A program made the translations under genes and the position numbers. Below, in pieces: positions 1 to 9,521 of a stretch of DNA of 32,547 nt. Position 1 is the stretch's first letter; every line of letters starts with the position of its first letter. The notes below the pieces were generated by a model. That model was not told the DNA's origin. It did not search any database and worked only from the letters and a program-made list of their open reading frames with translations. Origin of the DNA: Deferribacterales bacterium (GTDB lineage: Bacteria > Chrysiogenota > Deferribacteres > Deferribacterales > Geovibrionaceae); NCBI GenBank assembly GCA_050253335.1, contig JBFWJG010000029.1:1-32547 (forward strand). Direction: 5' to 3'.

Positions 1-336
1 TAATGGAGGGCTAGAGTGGGTTTATGAATAACTTAAAATCCCCCTCAATCCCCTTTATAAAAAGGGGACGTTATTTCCGCTGAAAGTAAAACACCCTCCT
101 TTCTTAATGGAGAGCAGGTGTGGATTTATGCATAACTGAAAATCCCCCTCAGTCCCCCTTTACAAAAGGGGGAAGTTGTTTCCGCTGAAAACAAAACACC
201 CTCATTTCTTAATGGAGGGCAAGAGTGGGTTTATGCATAACTGAAAATCCCCCTCAATCCCCTTTATAAAAAGGGGACGTTATTTCCGCTGAAAGTAAAA
301 CACCCTCCTTTCGCAAAGGAGGGCGGGGGAGGATTT
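1..336. repeat. Tandem array of about 104-105 bp units made of inverted REP-like hairpin doublets (family B), truncated at the window start
   Basis: TAATGGAG recurs at 1, 105 and 210. Each unit contains AAATCCCCCTCAATCCCCTTT(ATAA)AAAGGGGA and CCCTCCTTT..GGAGGG..GG(A/G)TTT. The last unit ends in the hairpin CCCTCCTTT-CGC-AAAGGAGGG followed by CGGGGGAGGATTT. Confidence 0.85.
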
Positions 337-365
337 ATGCAAGAATATAGTTTATTTATTTGAAA

Positions 366-559
366 AGCGAAGGTTTGCTTCGCAAACCGCGAGCGTGTAC
401 GCAAACAGGGCACGATGTTCAGGTTTGCGTTATAAGACCTTTATGTTTTGAGTTTTTCCCTACATCCCCAGGGATGGGGATGCGCCGTGCGGAGCGAAGG
501 TTTGCTTCGCAAACCGCGAGCGTGTACGCAAACCCGACACGATGTTCGGGTTTGCGTTA
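366..559 (-). repeat. Two tandem copies (127-bp period) of the three-hairpin repeat family A; full copy 461-559, partial copy 366-432
   Basis: AGCGAAGGTTTGCTTCGCAAACCGCGAGCGTGTACGCAAAC occurs at 366 and 493. Its reverse complement carries the TACACGCTCGCGG...CCTTCGCTCCGCACGGCGCA core also seen at about 15060, 16040 and 31567. Confidence 0.85.
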
Positions 560-567
560 TTAAGTCG

Positions 568-1086
568 TCACTTATTGCGTTTTTCTACAACTGCCCCTTT
601 ATGTATAGGGGTTTCACCAATGCCGAAGGAGGATTCTTCCGTTTTGTGCTCTCCTCCGTCATTAATCTGCCTGTGAAGTTCTCCAAGCCAGGCGGAATCT
701 GAAACTGCGTGATTCACCAGAATCTCAAGCCTTGGCAGAACCTTTCCGCTTATGAGATGTTCAAGCCTATGCACCTCCGGATCCGCTTCTTCCGGTTCCA
801 TTCCCAGTATATCCACAAGGAGCTTTGTGAGGCATTTATCACGTCTTACTATTGATCTCCCTACGGCTTTTCCTTCTTCGGTCATGCCGATTTTTCCGTA
901 GGATTCGTGTGTAAGAAGCCCCATTTTCGCAAGGGTGCTCACCGCCCTGCTTACGCTGGGCAGACTTACGCCAAGTTTTTTTGCTATATCGCTTACCCTT
1001 GCATCCCCGTTTTCCGAAAACCTGTATACCCACTCAAGATAGTTTTCCTGGCTCGGGGTAAGAGGGGCTGAATTCACTGTGTTCAT
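568..1086 (-). CDS. DtxR/MntR-family metal-dependent transcriptional regulator
   Basis: LTPSQENYLE, HTH ARVSDIAKKLGVSLPSVSRAV, and dimerisation/metal region LTKLLVDILG..EVHRLEH; RBS GGAGG upstream. Confidence 0.88.
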   Translation of the reverse strand: MNTVNSAPLTPSQENYLEWVYRFSENGDARVSDIAKKLGVSLPSVSRAVSTLAKMGLLTHESYGKIGMTEEGKAVGRSIVRRDKCLTKLLVDILGMEPEEADPEVHRLEHLISGKVLPRLEILVNHAVSDSAWLGELHRQINDGGEHKTEESSFGIGETPIHKGAVVEKRNK

Positions 1087-1197
1087 CGGAAACCTCCCGA
1101 CTTGTATTTATACAACAAGATATGAAGATCTCCGGTTTAATCAAGGACTAATCAAGACTTATTTAATCTTCTTTCGATAAGCTACTGATCCGTAAAT

Positions 1198-1222
1198 AAA
1201 AAAGGCGGGGTTTCCCCCGCCT
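1198..1222 (-). terminator. Rho-independent terminator after the lipoprotein gene
   Basis: Minus strand AGGCGGGG-GAAA-CCCCGCCT followed by a T run, 11 bp after the stop at 1234. Confidence 0.85.
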
Positions 1223-1233
1223 GTACCGTCTGC

Positions 1234-2583
1234 TTATCGTTTGTAGTCCAAACCTAGAGAATAGAGCGACCACAAAGGTCCGCCGGTTTCATTATCCTCG
1301 GCATATTCAAAATAATATCCTTCATAGGGAGTCCTCACGGCCGTGGGCAGGGAGAATGATGATTTTTCGTAGTACACCATCTCATTGATGCTGATCATCA
1401 GAGCGGAATAGGTTCCGTTATCATCCTCTCCGGACAGGAATATGCCTTTCTTGCCGAAATCGATATATCCTTTGAAGCTCTTCTCATACATCAGAGTCAT
1501 ATTGTCAAACTCGTCATACCCTATATAATCGGCTTCCGCCGTGATGCCGCATCCGTTTGTCAGGCTCATCATCAGTTCAATATAACGGGGCACGTTTGTG
1601 TAGTTATCCATATCATACACATTTGACGACTCAAGATATATTCTGAGCGGAGTCGCATCATCCTCGTCACTCGGCATATCTTCAGGAGAAGGGCAGGATT
1701 CGTTATCATTTCTCATGTCCGCAATTCTCATCATGAAGCCTGTGCCGGAGCATGTGTTGTCGGGCGATGATATGCTTGTGCTGAAAACCTCGGATGTGTT
1801 CGCGGCTATTGTGTAAAGGAGTTCAGATTCATCCGCTATATTGGTAAAAGTGAAGGAATCCTGAGAAATTCTTTTACCTGTGTAAATCCCTATCTTTCTT
1901 GTAGGCGCGAGAGCGGAAACAGAAATAGGCTCTCCCGGCTCAGGAAGCTCATAACCGCCGACATTGAAGGCAAAAGTTCTGCCTTTGTCAAAAAGCATGA
2001 CGGAATCAGCTGTTTCAAAGCCGCCGGGGGCGCAGCGTATAGCGCTTTTGCCTGCGTATGCTCCGTAGATTGAGTAGGCGTTCATGTGATCCAGAGCCTC
2101 TTCTGCGGACTTGGTTATCACGCTTTCCGCTTCAAGGGCGTCCAGAGCGTCCCTGAGCGTCATGTTGTCGCTCACAATTTCGCTGACTGATAAGCCGCTC
2201 TGCTGGTTAAGAACAATGACGCCGCCGGCGACAGTACCCACACTCTGAAGAAGACGGGCTATATCAACAGCGTTGTCATAATCCGCAATATCAAAAGGGG
2301 TGACAAAACCCGCTGCCCTAACTGTGCCGAGGACAAGGGAGCCTAACCTGAAAGTTACATTGTCTCCTTCGTTATAGTCAAACTCTCCGTTTTCATTGGT
2401 AAAGCCTGAAAGACCGCTCGGCTCCGCTGAATAAGCAAGCCCCTGAACCGGAGCATCCGTGAACACGCCGACACTGTCTCCCGTGGGCTCAGGTTCTTCA
2501 ACTGTGGCAGAACTGCTGCCGCTGCACCCTGAAATAAAAGCAAAAATAAGCAACATTGCTAAAAGAGCCAATGTTTTCTTCAT
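1234..2583 (-). CDS. Large acidic lipoprotein of unknown function (start reassigned to MKKTLALL)
   Basis: Signal peptide with lipobox ISGC followed by a Ser-rich linker; GGAGG RBS 7 nt upstream of the ATG at 2583. The N-terminal module GVFTDAPVQGLAY..TNENGEFDY..VTFRLG is typical of surface/adhesin-like lipoproteins. Confidence 0.75.
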   Translation of the reverse strand: MKKTLALLAMLLIFAFISGCSGSSSATVEEPEPTGDSVGVFTDAPVQGLAYSAEPSGLSGFTNENGEFDYNEGDNVTFRLGSLVLGTVRAAGFVTPFDIADYDNAVDIARLLQSVGTVAGGVIVLNQQSGLSVSEIVSDNMTLRDALDALEAESVITKSAEEALDHMNAYSIYGAYAGKSAIRCAPGGFETADSVMLFDKGRTFAFNVGGYELPEPGEPISVSALAPTRKIGIYTGKRISQDSFTFTNIADESELLYTIAANTSEVFSTSISSPDNTCSGTGFMMRIADMRNDNESCPSPEDMPSDEDDATPLRIYLESSNVYDMDNYTNVPRYIELMMSLTNGCGITAEADYIGYDEFDNMTLMYEKSFKGYIDFGKKGIFLSGEDDNGTYSALMISINEMVYYEKSSFSLPTAVRTPYEGYYFEYAEDNETGGPLWSLYSLGLDYKR

Positions 2584-2729
2584 CAGATATCCTCCGCCGA
2601 TATACAATCGTTTGTTAAGTTCAAATGAATTAAACCGCGGCATTCCTGTTCCGTCAACAGAACATGAACAAAAAATGACAATTAAATTTATTCACGTTCA
2701 AAATCAAACACGGCGCAAGGTATTTAGGA

Positions 2730-5700
2730 TTATTTCGATATGTAAACTGAGGCTTCTTTCCTGAACTCGTAGAACTCCTTTACAAAAGAGTTGTAGCTGT
2801 CCTCCGCTCCTGCCATATCTTCAGCGTCCGCGCATTTCTCCATGCGCGCAGCGATGCTTTCAAGGCCGTATGCGGTGAGGTCTCCGGCGGATGCCCTCAG
2901 GTACACGGCAAGCTCAATCACCCTCCACGGGCTTGATTCCGCTATGGCGCGGCTGAGCTCGTCAAGCTGTTTCTCCGTATCCTGAATGAAAATTTCAAGA
3001 ACCTCATTGAAATATTCCCTGTCGCCCATAATGGACATAAGCTCTTCCGGATTGAAGGTTCCGCTCCTTCTCTCGGCGGGAGCCTCGTTCACATCAGTGT
3101 CATAAAGGAATTTATTGAGGATCGACACAAGCTCCTCATGTCTGAAAGGTTTGGAAAGGTAATCGTTCATTCCTTCGCTGATGAACTTCTCCCTGTCCCC
3201 TTTGAGGGCGTGAGCAGTCATGGCGATTATGGGTATATCCGGACAGCGGACTCCGCTCTCGCCGCTTCTTATGGCATTAACAGTCTCAATACCGTTCATC
3301 ACAGGCATCTGTATATCCATGAAGACAATATCAAAATCACTGTTTCGCAGAGCTTCCAGAGCCTTAAAGCCGTTCTCAACGGCGGTGACTTTATAGCCCA
3401 GCTTCTCAAAAACTGTGACAGCGAGTTTCTGGTTAACGATATTATCCTCTGCGAGAAGGATTTTCTTGTTTCTGGCCTCGGGAATGTGCGGAACAAAAAT
3501 ACCGCTGTTTGCACCGTGGGGCGAATCCTTGTCCGTTTCGTAGCCGAAAAGCTCAAGCAGGCACTTTTTAAGATGGTTGGTTTTAAGCGGCTTGAATATC
3601 CGTCCGTTGAACCCTTTCTCAGTGAGGTAATCCGCAGGAACATGCTGACCCATGGGGTAAACAAGCACTGTCTTTGTGCCCGGGTAGCTTTTTATCTCCT
3701 TCATGAGCGAGTCAAGCTCGGAACCGCTCTTTTTAATGAGCGTGTCGGAAATAAGAACAGCCTCAAAGGCTCTGTTTCCTGCGGCGGATTTGTGTATTAT
3801 GTCGGAAGCCTCTTTGATGCTCCCCGCCTTTTCCGCCGAAACGCCGAGAGACAAAAGCTTGTCCGCGCCTGCGGAAGCTGCGAACCCGTTAGGCTCAACA
3901 ATCAGGATGCGCCGTTTTTCCAGCCTTCTGTCTGTTTCAATTTTGGCCTCGGCTCCTGCCACTCTCTCAAAAACAGCAGTGAACCAGAACTCGGAACCTT
4001 CGCCCATTCGGCTTTTACAGCCGATTTCGCCGCCCATCATCTCTGTAAGACGCTTTGCGATGGCAAGCCCGAGACCTGTTCCGCCGTATTTTCTGGACAT
4101 GGAAAGGTCCGCCTGCGAGAAGGAGTCAAAAAGGTTGCCCATCCTGTTTTCCGGTATCCCTATGCCGGTATCCTTAATCCTGAAAAACAGCTTAACATAG
4201 CCGGAGGTTTCCTTCTGAAGGCTTACATCAACCGACACAGAACCTTCATGGGTGAACTTAACCGCGTTGCCTATTATATTAAGCAGAATCTGCCTCAGCC
4301 TCCACGGATCGCCCGCCATAAGACGGGGAATTTTCCCGTCCACATTGAAAGCCATGTCCAGATCCTTCTGAAAAGCTTTGTATGCGATGGAGTCCACGCT
4401 GTTTTCCACCACCTCGCGGACGGAGAAATCCAGATACTCAAGCTCAAGCTGCCCCGCCTCTATCTTTGTGAAGTCCAGTATATCGTTAATAACAACAAGC
4501 AGAGCCTCGGCAGAGGTCGCAACTGTCTCGGCGTATTCTCTCTGCTCGTCCGTGAGTTTTGTATTAAGCAGGAGGCTGTTCATCCCTATGATGCCGTTCA
4601 TGGGGGTTCTTATTTCATGGCTCATGTTCGCAAGGAAAACATCCTTGGACATGCTGGCCACCTCGGCTTCCTCTTTCGCTTTCTTGAGTTCCTTCTCAAA
4701 CTCCTCCTGCTCCTTTATCTTCTCCTCAAGCTCCGCATTGGCCATCACAACCTTGTTCCGGTTGGAATCCATTACAAGAAGCACAACAAGAAGAAGCAGA
4801 ATACAGAGATTAAAGGCGAGGGTCTGTTTTACAAAACGGAGATAAGCCTCATCAAATTCGGTGTCCGTGGCGTATCTCACCAAATAGGTTTCATAATCGC
4901 CGGAAACGCTCTTAATGGGCATGAAGGAGACGATAACCCCTATTCCCCTGTACTTTTCATAGAGCGAAAACGCTTCGTTTGTTTTGAGTCTCGAAGCGGC
5001 CACTTTTTTTATAGTGTCGTTAACTGCGGAAAAGGTTTCCGAAGGCATAATATCCTGCGCAAGCTCAAAATCATAGGAAGTGAGGGACGGTTCTGTCACG
5101 TAATCGGAAGAGAAGGCGGATTCGGTGCTGTTGTCAAGATAGCCGGCAAAAAACTTCCTTTCCGCCACATCTTTCCTGATGCCCAGCGAGTAGTGGTTTC
5201 CGTAGCTTTCCAGCATCCCGGTTATGAAGCCTTTCACATCAAGGCTTATCTCAAGAGTTCCCACATGTGTTCCGCCGCGGGAGAGGGGATAAACAAACCT
5301 GAAGGCGTTTCCGCTTCTGCCGGCTTCAAGCCCTTCGGTGAAACCGTTTTTAAGGTTTGCAATGTAAACGGAATATCTTTTATCGCCCAGCACATCGCCG
5401 TAGAGCTCCCGTTCATGGAGGCGCAGAAAGCTGACCGTGTCGGGGAAATGAAAGTGGATTTTTGAGTAGCCCAGCCTTCCCACCGTGTTGTAGATAACGG
5501 AGGTTTTCTGAATAACATCTTCACGCATTTCATCCCGCTTTTCCGGACGGAGCCATGCTTCGGCGACGGATTCCGTGAGCCCCGGGATGTTCACAAAGGC
5601 CTGATAAACCTCGTCAACATGACGGGAGTACATGGAGAACGAACGCTCATACTCTGCACGGAGCCTGGAGGAAGCCTGCCCGAGCGCATTTTCACGGGAC

Positions 5701-5780
5701 TCCTGAAGCTTGCCGTAAAGAAAAAAACATCCTGCGATATCAATAATAAGCAGTAAAACCGCTATAGATTTGCGAACCAA
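2730..5780 (-). CDS. Hybrid sensor histidine kinase: TM-Cache-TM-HisKA-HATPase-REC-REC-HPt-like
   Basis: H-box [16 protein letters not shown]-box [11 protein letters not shown]-boxes DTGIGI and GGTGLGL, receiver LLAEDN..FMDIQMP..KP, and a C-terminal HPt-like helical domain. Confidence 0.93.
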   Translation of the reverse strand: MVRKSIAVLLLIIDIAGCFFLYGKLQESRENALGQASSRLRAEYERSFSMYSRHVDEVYQAFVNIPGLTESVAEAWLRPEKRDEMREDVIQKTSVIYNTVGRLGYSKIHFHFPDTVSFLRLHERELYGDVLGDKRYSVYIANLKNGFTEGLEAGRSGNAFRFVYPLSRGGTHVGTLEISLDVKGFITGMLESYGNHYSLGIRKDVAERKFFAGYLDNSTESAFSSDYVTEPSLTSYDFELAQDIMPSETFSAVNDTIKKVAASRLKTNEAFSLYEKYRGIGVIVSFMPIKSVSGDYETYLVRYATDTEFDEAYLRFVKQTLAFNLCILLLLVVLLVMDSNRNKVVMANAELEEKIKEQEEFEKELKKAKEEAEVASMSKDVFLANMSHEIRTPMNGIIGMNSLLLNTKLTDEQREYAETVATSAEALLVVINDILDFTKIEAGQLELEYLDFSVREVVENSVDSIAYKAFQKDLDMAFNVDGKIPRLMAGDPWRLRQILLNIIGNAVKFTHEGSVSVDVSLQKETSGYVKLFFRIKDTGIGIPENRMGNLFDSFSQADLSMSRKYGGTGLGLAIAKRLTEMMGGEIGCKSRMGEGSEFWFTAVFERVAGAEAKIETDRRLEKRRILIVEPNGFAASAGADKLLSLGVSAEKAGSIKEASDIIHKSAAGNRAFEAVLISDTLIKKSGSELDSLMKEIKSYPGTKTVLVYPMGQHVPADYLTEKGFNGRIFKPLKTNHLKKCLLELFGYETDKDSPHGANSGIFVPHIPEARNKKILLAEDNIVNQKLAVTVFEKLGYKVTAVENGFKALEALRNSDFDIVFMDIQMPVMNGIETVNAIRSGESGVRCPDIPIIAMTAHALKGDREKFISEGMNDYLSKPFRHEELVSILNKFLYDTDVNEAPAERRSGTFNPEELMSIMGDREYFNEVLEIFIQDTEKQLDELSRAIAESSPWRVIELAVYLRASAGDLTAYGLESIAARMEKCADAEDMAGAEDSYNSFVKEFYEFRKEASVYISK

Positions 5781-5969
5781 CCTTTAACCTCGTGCCAAGC
5801 GCATAAGCATCACACACAAATAATACAGCAAAAACTTCCGCTCTTACAGTCAAATAATTGAACCTATGCGGATAAACATCGCCGGGGCAAATAAGTTGAC
5901 AGATAATGCCTTTATGGGAAATACTTTAAGGGAACAGACGCATAGCGCTGAAGGGGAGGTAACAGAAAG

Positions 5970-6710
5970 ATGAAAAAACTTTTTACGGCTCTTTTTATTT
6001 TTATGCTTTTTTCAGAGGCATATGCCGAACTCCCTAAAGGCTTTGTCTATCTTTCGGACATTAACTCGTCCATTGTTCAGGAAATCAGGTACTACTCATC
6101 CCACAACTTTGCGGGAACAAGAATAGACGGATACAAGTCCCCCGTGTGCATTCTGACCCGTCAGGCGGCGGAAGCTCTCGGCATGGTTCAGAAGGATCTT
6201 GAACTGATAGGCTTCTCCCTGAAAGTTTACGACTGCTACAGACCGCAGAAGGCGGTTGACCATTTCGTGCGCTGGGCAAAGGACCCAAAGGACACCAAAA
6301 CCAAGGCCGAGTTTTATCCCAATGAGCCGAAAGACACTCTGTTTAAGAAAGGGTTCATCGCTTCCAAGTCAGCCCATTCCAGAGGAAGCACGGTCGATCT
6401 CACCATAATCCCTTACGAAGCGCCGGAACAGGAGGAGTACATACCCCACATCAGGCTGAGAAGCTGCGAGAACAGCGCAGAAAACCGCTTCGGCGACAAC
6501 AGCATAGATATGGGCACAGGGTTTGACTGCTTCAGCCCCCTTTCTGCCGTGGAAAACAGCTCCATAACTGAAAGGCAGCTCTCAAACAGGCTCCTGCTGG
6601 AGGATCTGATGAAGAAATACGGTTTTGACGGCTATGAAAAGGAGTGGTGGCACTTTACCCTGCGGAAAGAGCCCTTTCCGAAGACTTTTTTTAACTTCGA
6701 CGTGAAATAG
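5970..6710 (+). CDS. D-alanyl-D-alanine dipeptidase, peptidase M15D (VanX/DdpX family), with signal peptide
   Basis: YDCYRP, SAHSRGSTVD zinc motif, DMGTGFD and EWWHF motifs; N-terminal Sec signal (..AYA); GGAGG RBS. Confidence 0.92.
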   Translation: MKKLFTALFIFMLFSEAYAELPKGFVYLSDINSSIVQEIRYYSSHNFAGTRIDGYKSPVCILTRQAAEALGMVQKDLELIGFSLKVYDCYRPQKAVDHFVRWAKDPKDTKTKAEFYPNEPKDTLFKKGFIASKSAHSRGSTVDLTIIPYEAPEQEEYIPHIRLRSCENSAENRFGDNSIDMGTGFDCFSPLSAVENSSITERQLSNRLLLEDLMKKYGFDGYEKEWWHFTLRKEPFPKTFFNFDVK

Positions 6711-6741
6711 CTTGCAAACCGAATGACAATTCCTGAAAATA

Positions 6742-8781
6742 TTGCCTGTCATGGTCAATGAACCTTATGTTCCGGATAAAAACATGTCTGCAAACACAAA
6801 AGCGGCGCTGTTCTACCGATGTCTGAGCAGGGCGGCCGCAGGCGCCTGCGATGAAGGCGAGCTGCTGGATGCCCTGTGCCGTCTTTCCGTTGAGGTTCTG
6901 GGATACAAAACCGCTTGGGCGGGCTTTGTCGTGGAATTTAACGACAAGCGCATCATCCCCTCATCATTCTCAGGCGACTTTGAAGGCTACATAAACCCGC
7001 AGGAGATATGCATCTGCTGTGACGACCCCGCCTGCGGTCCCGTCGGCGAAGCTGTCATACAGGGGCATAAAGTCACCGTAAACGATATTTCCCAGATGGA
7101 CGGCTTTTCCTTCTGGCAGTACAAGGCTCTCGGATTCGGGTTCTCCTCCTTCTGCGCTCTTCCCCTGAAAACAAACGGAAAATCCACTGCTGTTTTTGCA
7201 GTGCTCAGCGGAGAGAAAAACCGCTTCTCTCCCGGGGAAACAGAACTCCTCACTGAGATTGCGGAGGAAGTGTCCGCCTGCATGAGCATCGTCTCCGCCA
7301 GAAGCAGAATCCTCAGTGCGGAATCCGGAAACCGTGATCTAATCGAGAAATTCGGTGTACTCTTCAACAACACATCAGATGCCATCTTCGTGCATGAAAT
7401 GCCCACGGAAAAGATCTTCAGCGGCAGATTTGTCGAAGTCAACAAAACCGCCTGCGAAAAGCTGGGCTACACCCAGGAAGAGCTGATGAGCCTCAGCCCC
7501 GAAGAGCTGAACCATCCCTGCGGCAAATTTGATATGGACGAAACATCCCAAACCCTCCTCAAGACAGGACATGCCCACATAGAGGCGCTTATTAAATGCA
7601 GGTCGGGCGCTCTGCTTCCGGTGCGGATAAGCTGCCACACCTTTTCCATGGGCAAAAACAGATACATAGTCTCCATCGTGCGTGATATCTCGGAAAAAAT
7701 ACGCACCATCAAACAGCTCAACCTCCTCAAAAACGCCATAGAGCACAGCACTGTCTCCGTAGTCATAACTGACAGCGAAGGGCGAATTGAGTACGTTAAT
7801 CCGGTCTTCGAAAAATTCACGGGATACTCCGCCGCGGAGGTCATTGGGCAGAACCCCAGAATCCTCAAGTCTGACAAGATGGATCCGAAAGTCTTTGTGG
7901 ATCTGTGGGCTGTCATAGCAGGGGGCAGAATATGGAAGGGCGAGTTCTGCAACAAAAAAAAGAACGGCGAGCTTTACTGGGAATCCGCAATAATATTCCC
8001 TGTGCGGGATCAGACAGGGGAAATAGTTAACTACATAGGCCTCAAAGAGGACATAACCGACAAAAAGATCCTTGAAGAGCAGGTGCGCCACGCCCAGAGA
8101 CTGAACATAATTGGCGAGATGGCAGGCAGTTTCGCCCATGATCTTAAAAACATAATCCTCGTCATAGGCGGTTTCGCCAACAGGCTTCAGAAAAAGCTGG
8201 ATGAAAAATCGTCTGAACATGAATACGCGGTGCATATCATGAAGGCCGTCACAAGAGCGGCAAAGCTCACAAACGGCCTGCTCACCTTCGGGCGGAGACA
8301 GCCAAACCACCCCGAGTGTCTGGACATGAATATACTCCTGCGGGAATATACCGACCTGATAGAAAAAATAGTGGATGAAAACATAAAGGTGGTTCTCCGC
8401 CTTTCCGATGACCGTATGCCCGTCATGGCGGACTATATTCAGCTTGAACAGGTGCTGATGAACCTTGCCTCCAACGCCAAGGACGCGATGCCGGACGGCG
8501 GCACACTCACAATCACATCATTCATCAGGCAGGAGCCCGAAGGGGAGTCCGCCTGCATTCTCTTTGAGGACACAGGCTGCGGGATGCCGCCGGAAGTGCG
8601 CAGCAGGATATTCGATCCCTTCTACACCACAAAAGACCCCGGCAAGGGCACGGGGCTTGGGCTTTCAATAGTTTACGGAATCATAAGACAGCACGGAGGC
8701 AACATATCCTGCACCAGTGAGGAAGGGAAAGGCACTGTCTTTGAAATAAGCCTGCCTCTCAGCACTCCCCATCAGCCGTAA
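6742..8781 (+). CDS. Cytoplasmic GAF-PAS-PAS sensor histidine kinase (true start may be ATG 6751 or 6784)
   Basis: GAF (..FSSFCALPL..), two PAS domains (VNKTACEKLGY; VNPVFEKFTGYSAAEVIGQNPRIL), H-box FAHDLKN, NLASNAKDAM, DTGCG, GTGLGL. Confidence 0.9.
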   Translation: MPVMVNEPYVPDKNMSANTKAALFYRCLSRAAAGACDEGELLDALCRLSVEVLGYKTAWAGFVVEFNDKRIIPSSFSGDFEGYINPQEICICCDDPACGPVGEAVIQGHKVTVNDISQMDGFSFWQYKALGFGFSSFCALPLKTNGKSTAVFAVLSGEKNRFSPGETELLTEIAEEVSACMSIVSARSRILSAESGNRDLIEKFGVLFNNTSDAIFVHEMPTEKIFSGRFVEVNKTACEKLGYTQEELMSLSPEELNHPCGKFDMDETSQTLLKTGHAHIEALIKCRSGALLPVRISCHTFSMGKNRYIVSIVRDISEKIRTIKQLNLLKNAIEHSTVSVVITDSEGRIEYVNPVFEKFTGYSAAEVIGQNPRILKSDKMDPKVFVDLWAVIAGGRIWKGEFCNKKKNGELYWESAIIFPVRDQTGEIVNYIGLKEDITDKKILEEQVRHAQRLNIIGEMAGSFAHDLKNIILVIGGFANRLQKKLDEKSSEHEYAVHIMKAVTRAAKLTNGLLTFGRRQPNHPECLDMNILLREYTDLIEKIVDENIKVVLRLSDDRMPVMADYIQLEQVLMNLASNAKDAMPDGGTLTITSFIRQEPEGESACILFEDTGCGMPPEVRSRIFDPFYTTKDPGKGTGLGLSIVYGIIRQHGGNISCTSEEGKGTVFEISLPLSTPHQP

Positions 8782-9521
8782 TAGGCCGAAGCCACCTGCG
8801 AAAAAAGATAGTCGCCCAGCTCCTTTCTGTCAGCGTGGGAAGCATCCGCAGGTTCCATGATCCTTACGGACGCCTCAACCGTTTCCACGGAGAACAGCCC
8901 CTCAAAATGCGGCTCAAACTCCATATCCCCGTACCAGCATACCGTGTCCCTGTTTTTACTGCCGAATGGCACCCCGTCTATGTTTTCATATTTAAGACAA
9001 GCGGGAAAAACAGGAACACCCGCTTTTCTGGCGGATTCCATGAACGGCGCACGGAAAGGGAGAACTTTCGAGCCGTCCGTGCTTGTGCCTTCGGGAAAAA
9101 GCATCACCGCGAAACCCGCCTTCATAAGTGAGGCCAGTTCGTTTATCTCCTCCCTGAGGCGGGAGGCATTGCGCCGCTCCACAAAATATGTTCCGCCCAG
9201 TTCCGCCATCATCCCCACAAACGGCTTCTCGTGCATATCCACTGAAGAAATAAAGACAAACGGCCGCAGCGAGGCCATTATTATAATATCCAGATAGGAC
9301 ATATGATTGCATACCACAAGACACCCGCCGGCATTTTTCAGGCGTTCTGCGCCGCTGAAAGAGGTGTTTATCCCCAGCGACCCCAGACCGAGACGGCAGA
9401 AGAAAGTGGTCAGCCTTATGCGGATCCGCCGTTTGCGGATTTCGTCACTCACAAGTGCGCTGACCGCTTTTCCGGTTATTATATACAGATATATGAGGAA
9501 CTTAACAGCAAACTTCCTCAT
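8772..9521 (-). CDS. PlsC-family lysolipid O-acyltransferase (OlsA-like)
   Basis: NHMSYLD (HX4D), FVERR and FPEGT motifs; overlaps and follows the olsB-like gene. Confidence 0.88.
   Translation of the reverse strand: MRKFAVKFLIYLYIITGKAVSALVSDEIRKRRIRIRLTTFFCRLGLGSLGINTSFSGAERLKNAGGCLVVCNHMSYLDIIIMASLRPFVFISSVDMHEKPFVGMMAELGGTYFVERRNASRLREEINELASLMKAGFAVMLFPEGTSTDGSKVLPFRAPFMESARKAGVPVFPACLKYENIDGVPFGSKNRDTVCWYGDMEFEPHFEGLFSVETVEASVRIMEPADASHADRKELGDYLFSQVASAYYG

Noticed and set aside
360..702. Short ORFs 360-563 and 448-702 (also 31515-31756)
   Set aside because: They are translations of family A repeats, overlap real genes or terminators, and show no protein motifs.
3138..5465. 775-aa plus-strand ORF
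   Set aside because: Antisense shadow of the hybrid kinase; no recognisable motifs, and explained by codon bias of the real gene.
5970..6710. Vancomycin resistance determinant
   Set aside because: No vanH/vanA/vanRS context; signal-peptide M15D enzymes are common in Gram-negative bacteria.
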